Assembly: GCA_031275345.1 (NCBI GenBank)
Contig: JAISOW010000005.1
Span: 413-64,412, forward strand
Direction: 5' to 3'
DNA length: 64,000 bases
Source of the DNA: Puniceicoccales bacterium
GTDB taxonomy: Bacteria; Verrucomicrobiota; Verrucomicrobiia; Opitutales; JAIRLM01
In this document: positions 36,551 through 45,592 of the stretch, in pieces
Layout: every line of letters begins with the position of its first letter
How positions within the stretch are numbered: position 1 is the stretch's first letter
Program-made: the position numbers and the translations under genes
Notes under the pieces: generated by a model
Told to the model about the DNA's origin: nothing
Databases searched by the model: none
The model's input: only the letters and a program-made list of their open reading frames with translations

Positions 36551-37333
36551 ATGAGCGGGGTCCCAATTGATGCACAGCCACAGATGGAGCGTGCCATTTC
36601 TCCGGACGTGGCCCTGCCCGCCGCGGAAATCCTACAAAAGGCGGCGACGGCCGGCATACTTGCCAAATTTGGCCGGGAAGCGATACGAAAAGTTTGCGTG
36701 GTGGGCGATGGACAAAATGTTTTTTTCAATCCTAGAGATCCTGCCAATGCCCTGCGTGTGCACAATGTTAGGGTCGAAAATTTTTCCGATCCCAACGTGG
36801 CGCGCCTGGCCGCCATACTGCGGCAGGCATTGTCCAACAAGGATGTGGGCGGTGTGGGCATCAATGCCAATCAGATCGGAGTCAACGTGTGCGCATTTGC
36901 CGTCTCCATCGGCCATTGTCTGAAAACGCCAAAACTATGCACAAAATTTGTGTTGGACGGAGAGGATTGGCTACAAAGACCTGCGATTGTGATGGACCCG
37001 TTGCTTTGCTTCAACGCAAAAATTCTCAAAAAATCAGCGGCAACTGCGGTGGGCAGTGAAGGATGTCTGTCCATCGATGACCCGAATGGGCCGGCAAAAT
37101 GTTTGAGCATTATGGTTCGGCGCAGTTTGAAAATTACGCTGCAGTTCCAGGATGAGGACGGTGCGGTCCACACACTGGAAGTTGACGGCTGGTGTGCCCG
37201 AGTATTTCAGCACGAACAGGCACACGACGATGGTGAGCTGATCACGGACCATGATCCCTTCTGGCGGAACAAAATTCATCCGCAGCGGCTGACTCCGGAA
37301 CAGGAAATGGCGGTGCTGCGCGCCGCATGGTGA
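36551..37333 (+). CDS. def: Peptide deformylase with N-terminal extension
   Basis: It has the GVGINANQIG, EGCLSI and HEQAHDDG (HExxH) motifs. At 260 aa it is longer than typical deformylases. Confidence 0.7.
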   Translation: MSGVPIDAQPQMERAISPDVALPAAEILQKAATAGILAKFGREAIRKVCVVGDGQNVFFNPRDPANALRVHNVRVENFSDPNVARLAAILRQALSNKDVGGVGINANQIGVNVCAFAVSIGHCLKTPKLCTKFVLDGEDWLQRPAIVMDPLLCFNAKILKKSAATAVGSEGCLSIDDPNGPAKCLSIMVRRSLKITLQFQDEDGAVHTLEVDGWCARVFQHEQAHDDGELITDHDPFWRNKIHPQRLTPEQEMAVLRAAW

Positions 37334-37340
37334 GAGAGGG

Positions 37341-37907
37341 TTGGCCGCAGTGCGTGGTTTGCTGGATGCGCTGGCCCGCGGCAAGTGCCGCTACGTTGCC
37401 AATGTGCTGGCTGGAAATCTTTCTGCAAACCCTGCCCGGGAAAGGGTGGAACTATTTTTCCAGGCCATCCACTCCAGCGAATTTTCTCCAGCCGCCTGGC
37501 CCCTGCGCTGTGCCGTCGTTCTGCGTCTGCTGGGCCGTTGGCTGCGCCGCGATAGGTCCGGCTCGGTTCGCCTGGTTCTGCACTGGCTTTGCCTATCTCC
37601 CCGCTCCCGCCTGGCCCTGCGCATTCTTCTGCGCCTGTGCCGGGGTGTGGATGTTTGGAATCATCTTTACTGTGCCGCGGCCCGCGCACTTGGCCATGCC
37701 AGGCTGGCACCGGCGGAACAGTTGCATCTTTGCCGACTTTTGCTCCAGGAACGGTTGTCCGAAGATGCCGCTATGTTGGCGAGGTTGCTGTTGGAACGCC
37801 GGCCGGGCGATGGCGAGGCGCGGCATCTTCTCTGGTCCGCCCTGATGCAAATGGGGCAGTTGGACAGAACCGGAGGAGGACCGGGTTGGGATGGGGAAAG
37901 TTATTAA
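37341..37907 (+). CDS. Hypothetical Leu/Arg-rich helical protein
   Basis: 188-aa ORF directly after def with backbone-like composition. No motif recognised. Confidence 0.35.
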   Translation: MAAVRGLLDALARGKCRYVANVLAGNLSANPARERVELFFQAIHSSEFSPAAWPLRCAVVLRLLGRWLRRDRSGSVRLVLHWLCLSPRSRLALRILLRLCRGVDVWNHLYCAAARALGHARLAPAEQLHLCRLLLQERLSEDAAMLARLLLERRPGDGEARHLLWSALMQMGQLDRTGGGPGWDGESY

Positions 37908-37926
37908 CAATCCCCTGTCAATAAAA

Positions 37927-38102
37927 TGGGGATAACTGGAGGTTGCATCCCGAAAAAAAATGTTTGTAGCTTTCCCACGTTGGCCATTTTTGGAGAGATA
38001 GGCCTTTTGGGAAGCCATATCTGCGGCAATTGGAGCCATCGTGGGCCGGGAGTGCGATCTCCTGGGAAGCGTCGTTGCCCCGTGGCATGTAGATGTGAAT
38101 AA
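37927..38102. promoter_or_regulatory. dnaA upstream region with two DnaA-box-like 9-mers
   Basis: The sequence tggggataa (37927-37935) is TTATCCCCA on the other strand. The sequence tgtgaataa (38094-38102) is TTATTCACA, which fits TTATNCACA. A purine-rich RBS aaggtg lies just upstream of the ATG at 38137. Confidence 0.3.
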
Positions 38103-38136
38103 CTCAAAAAAAATAGAAAAAAAGAAGGTGAAGAAA

Positions 38137-39477
38137 ATGTCCCAGCTGTGGTTGAACTTGCGGGAAGATCTGCGCACCTTGCTCGCCGAGGATGTTTTCC
38201 AGGCATGGTTTGATGACCTAAAGCTCCTAAGGGAGGACGGCGACACACTGGTGCTGCAGGCTCCCAATGAATTTGCCACAATTTGGATCCGCGATAACTA
38301 TAGGACACTTTTGGAAAAGCGTCTCAGTCTCCTGGCGGGGCGTGGCATTGCCGTGGAATTGGAGGTTGCTCCTGAGAATGCGCCAGCCGGACAGGCAGCG
38401 CCTTCCACCTCCCGGGCAGGCCAGCGGAGCATGGCAGCAATTCGCAAATTTGACGAGGCCGACCTGATCAATCCCCGCAACACGTTCGACAATTTCGTCG
38501 TTGGCCCAGGGAACCAGCTTGCCCAGGCCACCTGCGTCGCCGTTGCCAACAATCCCGGTCGGGCCTATAACCCACTGTTCCTCTACGGTGCGACCGGCCT
38601 CGGCAAGACCCATCTGCTGCAGTCCGTTGCCCACGGAGCGCTCAAAATGCGGCCTCGCCTAAGGATCGTCTACACTTCGACGGAAAAGTTTACCAACGAA
38701 TTTATTCGCGCTGTGCAAGAAAATGCCCTGGGAAAGTTTCGGGAAGTCTATCGCCGCGTCGACATGCTGCTCATCGATGATATCCACTTCCTTTCCGGAA
38801 AGGAGCGCATCCAGGAAGAGTTTTTTTATACCTTCAACGAACTGTTCGAGTCGCAGCGGCAAATTTGTCTCTGCAGCGACCGGCCGGCGGCGGAAATTTC
38901 TCGCCTGGAAAGTCGGCTCGTATCCCGCTTTCAATGGGGCTTTATGGCCGATATTCAGGCACCGGACCTGGAGACACGCATTGCAATTTTGCGAAAAAAA
39001 TCGGCGGCCATGCACCTGTCCCTGCCGGAGGATGTGGTGCAGCTGTTGGCAGAAGGGGTTTTGACGAATGTGCGCCGCCTGGAAGGTGCCCTCAACCGGG
39101 TTGCCGGCTACATGGGCCTGTCCGGCCGGCAGATCAATTGCGACGAAGCACGCCGCCTTCTGCAGGACATTTTTCGCGAAGAAGCGGCGCGAACCGTACA
39201 CATTGACCAGGTGCAGCGGCTGGTGGCAGAGTTTTATAAAATTACGCTGGCCGACCTTTTGGGCAAAAAACGGCCGGCCGGCATCGCATTTCCCCGGCAG
39301 GTGGCCATGTACCTTTGCCGATTGCTCACGCCCTACTCCCTCCAGCGCATTGGCAGCGAATTTGGGGGGCGGGAGCACGGGACGGTGATCCACGCTTGCA
39401 AAACCGTCGAAGGGGCAATGGAGCAGGATGCCGCCGTCCGCAGTGCCGTGGAAGCTTTGAAGGAGATGATTCATTGA
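38137..39477 (+). CDS. dnaA: Chromosomal replication initiator protein DnaA
   Basis: It has the Walker A LFLYGATGLGKTHLL, the box VII/sensor region, and a C-terminal DNA-binding domain (...IGSEFGGREHGTVIHACK). The start is placed at MSQLWLNL. Confidence 0.9.
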   Translation: MSQLWLNLREDLRTLLAEDVFQAWFDDLKLLREDGDTLVLQAPNEFATIWIRDNYRTLLEKRLSLLAGRGIAVELEVAPENAPAGQAAPSTSRAGQRSMAAIRKFDEADLINPRNTFDNFVVGPGNQLAQATCVAVANNPGRAYNPLFLYGATGLGKTHLLQSVAHGALKMRPRLRIVYTSTEKFTNEFIRAVQENALGKFREVYRRVDMLLIDDIHFLSGKERIQEEFFYTFNELFESQRQICLCSDRPAAEISRLESRLVSRFQWGFMADIQAPDLETRIAILRKKSAAMHLSLPEDVVQLLAEGVLTNVRRLEGALNRVAGYMGLSGRQINCDEARRLLQDIFREEAARTVHIDQVQRLVAEFYKITLADLLGKKRPAGIAFPRQVAMYLCRLLTPYSLQRIGSEFGGREHGTVIHACKTVEGAMEQDAAVRSAVEALKEMIH

Positions 39478-39523
39478 TTGGCGTGCCCTTTTTTCTTGTT
39501 TTCACCGGCCGCTGGGAAAAGAT

Positions 39524-40135
39524 TTGGCCGTGGACCCGTGGCTTTCGATCTTTTTCGCATTCCTGGCCGGCTATGCGCTGGGATCCATTCCGTTCGGCGT
39601 ATTTCTGGCGCGTTGCCGGGGAGTTGCAATTCTGTCCTGCGGCAGTGGCAATCCCGGTGCGACCAACGTGTGCCGCTGCGTGGGCCGTGGCATGGCCTGG
39701 CTGGTTTTTGCGCTGGATGCGGCCAAGGGTGCAGTGTCCATCGGTTGCCCATCCTATCTAGCCCCCGGATGGCCGATGCTGCCAGCCGTGGCATTCACCG
39801 GTGCCGTGCTGGGCCATTGCTTTTCCCCGCTGCTCAGCTTTCGCGGCGGCCGTGGAGTTGCCGTAGCCGTTGGCGGATTGGCAATTTGGATGCCAAATGT
39901 TCTCTTGATTGCTGCCATCACCTGGCTCGTCCTATTTTTTACCACCCGCTTCGTGTCCCTGGCATCGCTTGGCCTGGCCCTCACCCTGCCCCTTTGCTCC
40001 TATCTGTTTGGCAAAACTTTTTGGGAAAATTGTTTCATCACTGGTCTGGCCATTTTTCTGCTGCTACGCCATCTGCCCAACATTCATCGCCTGCTGAGCG
40101 GTACGGAGCATCGCTTTGGTCGAAAGGATGGCTAG
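39524..40135 (+). CDS. plsY: Glycerol-3-phosphate acyltransferase PlsY
   Basis: 203 aa with FLAGYALGSIPFG and GSGNPGATNV motifs. Confidence 0.85.
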   Translation: MAVDPWLSIFFAFLAGYALGSIPFGVFLARCRGVAILSCGSGNPGATNVCRCVGRGMAWLVFALDAAKGAVSIGCPSYLAPGWPMLPAVAFTGAVLGHCFSPLLSFRGGRGVAVAVGGLAIWMPNVLLIAAITWLVLFFTTRFVSLASLGLALTLPLCSYLFGKTFWENCFITGLAIFLLLRHLPNIHRLLSGTEHRFGRKDG

Positions 40136-40138
40136 GCA

Positions 40139-41290
40139 ATGGGCGGCGACGGTTTGCCCGACCAACTGCTGCGGACGATCGTCGACAATGCCTGGCACTG
40201 CGGCGCATCCGACGTACACCTCGAACCGGGAGTCGATTGGCTGCGCATCCGTCTACGCATCGATGGCCAGCTTGTTCTTGAAAAAATTTTGCACCCATCC
40301 CTGCACGATGCTCTGCTGCGCCGTCTAAAAATTCTTTGTGGCCTTGCACTGGATGTGACCCAGCTGCCACAGGATGGCAAGTGGCTTTGGGAAAATGGCG
40401 ATGCTATGTGCGATGTCCGCGTTTCCACCATTCCATTTCTCCACGGCGAGGGTGCCGTTCTGCGCCTGCTGCGGCGGCCCACCATGGAAGATGGCTTGCA
40501 ATCCCTCGGCTTTCCCGCCAAACTTGCCACCCGGTTGTATCGACTGGCCGAAGTAGGCGACGGACTTTTTCTACTCGTTGGACCAACCGGCTGCGGCAAG
40601 TCCACCAGCGGCCATGCAATTTTGAAAAGTTTGTGCGATGGAACGCGGAAAATTCTTTCCGTCGAAGATCCGGTGGAATTTACCCAAAGCGGCGTGGCAG
40701 CTGTTTCCGTGGCTCCTGCCCAGGGTTTGACCTTTGCCACGGCCCTGCGTGCCGTTCTTCGCCAATCCCCAGACGTGATATTTCTCGGCGAAATTCGCGA
40801 CGAAGAGACGGCGGCCATTGCCGTCCAGGCCGCACTCACCGGCCATTTTGTCCTGGGAACCCTCCACTGCCTGGATGCGGCACGGGCCGTTCCCCGGCTG
40901 CGCCAGCTGGGCGTCGAAATTTCATCCATCCGCGCCGCCCTGCGCGGTGCATTGGCCCAGCGGCTGGTGCGACAACTCTGCCCCCATTGCCGAACCCTGC
41001 GTTTTCCACAATTAGCCTGGGCCAGATGGCTAAATCTTGATCCGGCCCGGCCCGTTTTCCATGCAACCGGCTGTGAACATTGCTCCGGCAGTGGCTTCAA
41101 GGGACAGACCGTTCTGTGGGAACTTTGGGAGCCACGCCTTGGTCAGGGGTGGGAAGATGGGCCGGAACAAACTTTGCAAAATTGTCTACGAAGCCGTGTT
41201 CTTGCGGGTGATACGACGGCCGAGGAGGGCTATGCCGCCCTCGGAGAACTTGGCGGCGGAGCGGCACCGTCCGGCTGCGGCAGGGGCTAG
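40139..41290 (+). CDS. GspE/PilB-family secretion ATPase (short form, no N-terminal domain)
   Basis: It has the Walker A LLVGPTGCGKST, an Asp box and His box, and the tetracysteine CPHC...CEHC typical of GspE/PilB. Its 3' end overlaps the convergent dapF ORF by 105 nt. Confidence 0.75.
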   Translation: MGGDGLPDQLLRTIVDNAWHCGASDVHLEPGVDWLRIRLRIDGQLVLEKILHPSLHDALLRRLKILCGLALDVTQLPQDGKWLWENGDAMCDVRVSTIPFLHGEGAVLRLLRRPTMEDGLQSLGFPAKLATRLYRLAEVGDGLFLLVGPTGCGKSTSGHAILKSLCDGTRKILSVEDPVEFTQSGVAAVSVAPAQGLTFATALRAVLRQSPDVIFLGEIRDEETAAIAVQAALTGHFVLGTLHCLDAARAVPRLRQLGVEISSIRAALRGALAQRLVRQLCPHCRTLRFPQLAWARWLNLDPARPVFHATGCEHCSGSGFKGQTVLWELWEPRLGQGWEDGPEQTLQNCLRSRVLAGDTTAEEGYAALGELGGGAAPSGCGRG

Positions 41291-42067
41291 CGGCAAATGG
41301 TTGGATCCGATGCTGACCTGGACGACCGGCCCTGCCAGCTGCAAAAAATTTTTGGCGATGGTAACGTGCAACGTTCCTCCAACCATGTTAACCCGCAGCG
41401 TTGCATCGCAGCCAAGGTGACGGTTTGCAACGGCGGCGCAGGCCGCTGCACCGCTGCCGCAGGACGACGTTTCCCCCACACCGCGTTCGAAGATGCGCAG
41501 GGCGATGGACCGTTTGTGCAAAATGCGCAGAAAATGAACATTGATTTTTTTTGGGAAATGGGGGTGGCGGGAAAGGATGGCCGCCACCCGGCGCCAGTTT
41601 TGCGGAAATTCGTCGACGGGAATGGCTAGGTGTGGGTTTCCCCAAAAAACGACGTAGCCTGCGATTGGGCCAAATTGAGTCAACAGGATGAGCTTGTCAG
41701 CGGCAACGAGCGGCGGAGCCATCCGGGCAGTGACATCGCCATTGGCCAAAAATCCACAGGAAGCGATGCCGCCGATCGTGGCGATTTTTCCTCCAGACAT
41801 TTTCCAGAAATTATTATCCAGCAAAAACTTGGCGAAAATTCGCACCCCGTTGCCGCTCATTTCCGCCTCCGAACCATCCGGATTCCAAATGCGTAGATCG
41901 GCACTAGCTAGCTGCAGCCGACTGCCAATTAGCAGTCCGTCGGAATGGCATGCGGAGCAGGCATCAATGATGATATTTTTTTTTGCAAAAATGGCATCCG
42001 GCGGTGCGATGAGATAGCGATTTCCCAACGCCTGGTAGCACCGCCATTCCATTGAATCCGATGGCAT
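41186..42067 (-). CDS. dapF: Diaminopimelate epimerase
   Basis: It has ALGNRYLI, GNPHLAI and ERGVGETSSCGSGAAA motifs. A C-terminal tail of about 35 aa lies beyond the conserved core. Confidence 0.85.
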   Translation of the reverse strand: MPSDSMEWRCYQALGNRYLIAPPDAIFAKKNIIIDACSACHSDGLLIGSRLQLASADLRIWNPDGSEAEMSGNGVRIFAKFLLDNNFWKMSGGKIATIGGIASCGFLANGDVTARMAPPLVAADKLILLTQFGPIAGYVVFWGNPHLAIPVDEFPQNWRRVAAILSRHPHFPKKINVHFLRILHKRSIALRIFERGVGETSSCGSGAAACAAVANRHLGCDATLRVNMVGGTLHVTIAKNFLQLAGPVVQVSIGSNHLPLAPAAAGRCRSAAKFSEGGIALLGRRITRKNTAS

Positions 42068-42159
42068 GCTGTTCTCAATGTTTGGCCAAAAAGTTTGGCA
42101 ACAGGTTTTTTAGCACCGGCCGGTCAGCGATGGCATATTCGTGGCGGATCGGGAAAAAA

Positions 42160-43113
42160 TTACGGAGGAGAAGCACTGATTTGCAGGGAAGGTACGTCAT
42201 CCTGCCAGATCAATTTGCTGTCGTACGGGATGGAACCGAAAACGGTGCTCAAAGGCACTATTTTTTTTGGCATTTGAGGCTGCTCCGGCGGAGCGGATTG
42301 GTCCACTGGCCGCTGCAAAACAGATTGCTCCGCGGATCGTAGCGAAAGGACCGGACCAGCCGACAGCGATGTGGCTGTCCCAATTATCTCCGCCAAAGAT
42401 GGTTGTTTCTGCGGATTCGGTGAAATAACCCGGACTACTGTCCAATTCGGTGGAGTGGTTGAAATCGTTGGTTGCTGTGAAGAAAGATTTTGAGCCATTG
42501 AATTTTGCAGTGGAGTTTGTTGCTGCGGCGACAACGAAGTCATGGGGCTCATCGACAGCGACGCCTGATGCGACACGGTCGGATCCGTTGGCGATGGAGA
42601 GAAGGAGAGTTCGGTCGATGACAGCGAAATAAGGTGGCTTATTGATGATGACGAAGTGGATCCCTGCGGGGAAGCGGAACGTTCATGCTGTTGGAGTGGA
42701 TCGACTTGTGGCATTGGTTGCTCCACGGAAGAGGGCTGCGCCGGCAGCGACGATGAGCTGATCGATGCAGTGGATCCCCCATGCTGATGGAGTGGATCGA
42801 CTTGTGATATTTGTTGCTCCACGGAAGAGGGCTGCGCCGGCAGCGACGATGCGCCGGCCAACGAAGCGGAGTAGGCCATGCCGGTTCCCAATTTCGGTGC
42901 GATTGGCGGGAAAACAATTTGATCGTGCAGAGCAAAAATTCTCGTGACGACCACATTTGCTATGGTCTCTTTCCTTGGCAGGCATGCCTGCCACGAAGGA
43001 TATGGCCCTATAAAGGAGGAATGGGTCATGCTTTCCATCCTTTGATTGCTAGAAAATTTCGCCAACGATTGCAATAAATCTTTTAAACAAAGAGAGTTGG
43101 CGACGCCAACCAA
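42160..43113 (-). CDS. Ser/Pro/Gln-rich low-complexity protein with a 32-aa tandem duplication
   Basis: 317-aa ORF. SSLPAQPSSVEQ(Q/P)..QVDPL(H/Q)QH is repeated. No enzymatic motif. Confidence 0.4.
   Translation of the reverse strand: MVGVANSLCLKDLLQSLAKFSSNQRMESMTHSSFIGPYPSWQACLPRKETIANVVVTRIFALHDQIVFPPIAPKLGTGMAYSASLAGASSLPAQPSSVEQQISQVDPLHQHGGSTASISSSSLPAQPSSVEQPMPQVDPLQQHERSASPQGSTSSSSISHLISLSSTELSFSPSPTDPTVSHQASLSMSPMTSLSPQQQTPLQNSMAQNLSSQQPTISTTPPNWTVVRVISPNPQKQPSLAEIIGTATSLSAGPVLSLRSAEQSVLQRPVDQSAPPEQPQMPKKIVPLSTVFGSIPYDSKLIWQDDVPSLQISASPP
42693..42851. repeat. Direct tandem duplication, 96-nt period, two copies
   Basis: The segment 42693-42755 is nearly identical to 42789-42851 (ggagtggatcgacttgtg...gttgctccacggaagagggctgcgccggcagcgacgatg). 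It is in-frame within the S/P/Q-rich CDS. Confidence 0.8.
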
Positions 43114-43152
43114 TGGACCTATTCCAGCCGCGGCTGGCCATGGAAAATTGGA

Positions 43153-43803
43153 CTAGACAATCAACGTCCCATCCGGACCAATGGATCGCACAATGGCATC
43201 GGCGAGGCCGTATTCGATCGCTTCCCGCGCATTCATGTAAAAATCACGGTCCGTGTCGCGGCGAATTTTTTCCAGCGGCTGGCCGGAAGCTTTGGCCAGG
43301 ATGAGATTCATTTCCTCCCGCGTCCTTTCCATTTCCTCCGCCTGGATGTTGATGTCCACAGCCGGCGCATAGATCTGTCCGGAAATCAATGGTTGATGGA
43401 TTAATACCCTGGCGCCTGGGTATAGCAGCCGTCTTCCTTTCTTCGGTGCGCTGAGAATGATGGAGCCCATGCTGGCCGCCATGCCCATGACGATGACAGT
43501 CACCGGTGCGGCGATGAGCTGGATGGTGTCGTAGATCGCCATGCCAGACGTGATGCAGCCACCCGGCGTATTGATGTGGAGCATGATGGGCCGGCTCGCA
43601 TCCTGTAGTTCCAAATAGATAAGTTTCTCCACAACGTCTCTGGCACTGCGCTCATCGATGGCACCCCAGAGAAATATCCTGCGGCCATCGAGTAGCTTTG
43701 CCCTCACACGCCAATCCGGTCGCAATAAATCTTCGGCGCCCTTGCATTCGCATTCTTCATCCTCATCATCTTCCATCATCTTCCTCCACCACAATGTCTT
43801 CAT
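43153..43803 (-). CDS. clpP: ATP-dependent Clp protease proteolytic subunit
   Basis: It has INTPGG and the catalytic-Ser motif GMAASMGS, with full ClpP-like sequence. It has an acidic N-terminal extension. The ATG at 43801-43803 overlaps the fabV stop (ATGA). Confidence 0.85.
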   Translation of the reverse strand: MKTLWWRKMMEDDEDEECECKGAEDLLRPDWRVRAKLLDGRRIFLWGAIDERSARDVVEKLIYLELQDASRPIMLHINTPGGCITSGMAIYDTIQLIAAPVTVIVMGMAASMGSIILSAPKKGRRLLYPGARVLIHQPLISGQIYAPAVDINIQAEEMERTREEMNLILAKASGQPLEKIRRDTDRDFYMNAREAIEYGLADAIVRSIGPDGTLIV

Positions 43804-45008
43804 TGCCAGACCGTGCCATCCCATCGCTGCAGGGGCAGATCCGTTTCCACCGCCTCCAGCGGATCGATGCCGGGTAGGCCAAAGCCAAACAAACGCAAAA
43901 AATCTTTGCCATAGCCGTCTGGATCGGCCAATTCCCACAAATTTTCCGTTGTGACCAGCTGCCAGCGGCGAAGCACCTCGTCCTGCACTCCCTGGTCCAA
44001 TTCTGCTCCATCGAGGCGCAGCCGGCCATCTCCATCCACCACGCCGTCCGGCAATTTTTCCGCAAATAGCCGCTCCATCTGTCCGATGCAGGTTTCGTGG
44101 GTTCCCCGCTCCTTCATGACTTTAAAAAGCAGGGCAATGTAGAGGGGAACGACGGGAATTGCCGAGCTAGCCTGCGTCACAACCGCCTTATTGACTGCGA
44201 CATAGGCCTTACCTCCCAGTGGACGCAGCAGGGCGTCGATCCTTGGCACTGTCCCATCGAGATCTTTCTTTGCCATGCCAATCGTGCCATCGCGGTAGAT
44301 TGGCCAGGTCAATCTGGGGCCGACGTAACTGTAGGCAACGGTTTTCACCCCGCGCGCTAGCACACCAGCAGCAGCCAGCGCTTCCATCCATAGCAGCCAG
44401 TCTTCGCCTCCCATGACGGCCACGGTTGCGGCAATTTCCTGTTCCGTTGCCGGTTCCAACGCCACGTCGCACACCACATTTCGATCGGTTTGCAGAGTTT
44501 TTGAAGAAAAGTTGGCACCGATTGGCTTGAGTACGGAGCGGAACACCTCGCCCGTCAGCGGATGGATGCGCTGCGGTGCTGCCAAGCTATAGACAACGAC
44601 ATCAACCGGAGCAAACCGAGCCTTGAGCAATGCCACCGTATCCATTTTGACGGCCTGGGAAAATGCATCGCCGTTGATGCTCCAAACCTGGCGGCCCAAT
44701 TCCCTGGCGCGCCGTTCCAGGGCAATGCTATTGTACCAGCCAGCCGACGCCGTGCGGTCTCCCTTGGCCGGCCGTTCCAAAAATACTCCAAGGCTATCGG
44801 CTCCAAGGCCAAACGTTGCGACGATGCGGCTGGCCAGCCCGTAGCCGGTCGATGCTCCGACCACGAGCGCGGTCCTTGCCCCCGCCGTCCAGTGTCTTTG
44901 CCGCACGTGGGCAATCTGCTCATCCACGTGGGCTGCACAGCCGACGGGATGGGCTGTTGTGCAGATGAAACCGCGAATTTTTGGAACTACTACGACCCGC
45001 TTATCCAT
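43800..45008 (-). CDS. fabV: Trans-2-enoyl-CoA/ACP reductase (FabV family)
   Basis: The sequence MDKRVVVVPKIRGFICTTAHPVGC...GASTGYGLASRI is characteristic of FabV/TER. About 400 aa. Confidence 0.8.
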   Translation of the reverse strand: MDKRVVVVPKIRGFICTTAHPVGCAAHVDEQIAHVRQRHWTAGARTALVVGASTGYGLASRIVATFGLGADSLGVFLERPAKGDRTASAGWYNSIALERRARELGRQVWSINGDAFSQAVKMDTVALLKARFAPVDVVVYSLAAPQRIHPLTGEVFRSVLKPIGANFSSKTLQTDRNVVCDVALEPATEQEIAATVAVMGGEDWLLWMEALAAAGVLARGVKTVAYSYVGPRLTWPIYRDGTIGMAKKDLDGTVPRIDALLRPLGGKAYVAVNKAVVTQASSAIPVVPLYIALLFKVMKERGTHETCIGQMERLFAEKLPDGVVDGDGRLRLDGAELDQGVQDEVLRRWQLVTTENLWELADPDGYGKDFLRLFGFGLPGIDPLEAVETDLPLQRWDGTVWQ

Positions 45009-45592
45009 GAATTGTTGCTCCCCGATTGACGTTCTGCCGCCGTCCGTCCCTCGCCCTTTCGAACAATGAGGGCAATCTGGTGCTGGGTGATGCCGATGAG
45101 AAGGCGCTGCCCATCCCATTCCACCACGGCAAGATGGTGGTGCGTTCCCAGGCGGAGTGTGTCCACAACGGCCAGCTGCCCCGTCCTACGCTGGGCGGAA
45201 AGCCACCCGCCCCGGCGGCGAAAAAACACCAGCAGGCCACCGGCGGCGACCAGCGACAGAAGAAAGACGCCGGCCCGCATCCACGCCGTCCCAACGTTCA
45301 GAGACCTGCAGTCCGGCACTGCCGCCCCACCATCGCCGTCCCGAAAGGCGGCCGGCAGCCGACAACCATGCGGTGGCCGCTGCACATCCCGCAGCTCCAT
45401 CTCCCGGTCCAACTGGCTACGATCCGCCGTGCCCCCACCGCCGTCGCAGGACATGGCACCGGCTGCGCCAGCCCAAATGGCGGTCGGTGGCCGACAGCCC
45501 TGCGGCACCTGCCGGTGCACATCCCGCATCCAAATATACGGTCCGGCCAGCAGAGCTGCGAAACAGATCAGCAGCAAAAAAAAGCGGCGCAT
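44990..45592 (-). CDS. Hypothetical membrane protein with FliO-like C-terminal region
   Basis: It has a signal-like N-terminus (MRRFFLLLICFAALLAG), an internal imperfect repeat (RDV[HQ]R..GCR.P), and a TM segment (VFLLSLVAAGGLLVFF). This is followed by LAVVDTLRLGTHHHLAVVEWDGQRLLIGITQHQIALI. It overlaps the fabV start by 19 nt. Confidence 0.3.
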   Translation of the reverse strand: MRRFFLLLICFAALLAGPYIWMRDVHRQVPQGCRPPTAIWAGAAGAMSCDGGGGTADRSQLDREMELRDVQRPPHGCRLPAAFRDGDGGAAVPDCRSLNVGTAWMRAGVFLLSLVAAGGLLVFFRRRGGWLSAQRRTGQLAVVDTLRLGTHHHLAVVEWDGQRLLIGITQHQIALIVRKGEGRTAAERQSGSNNSWISGS

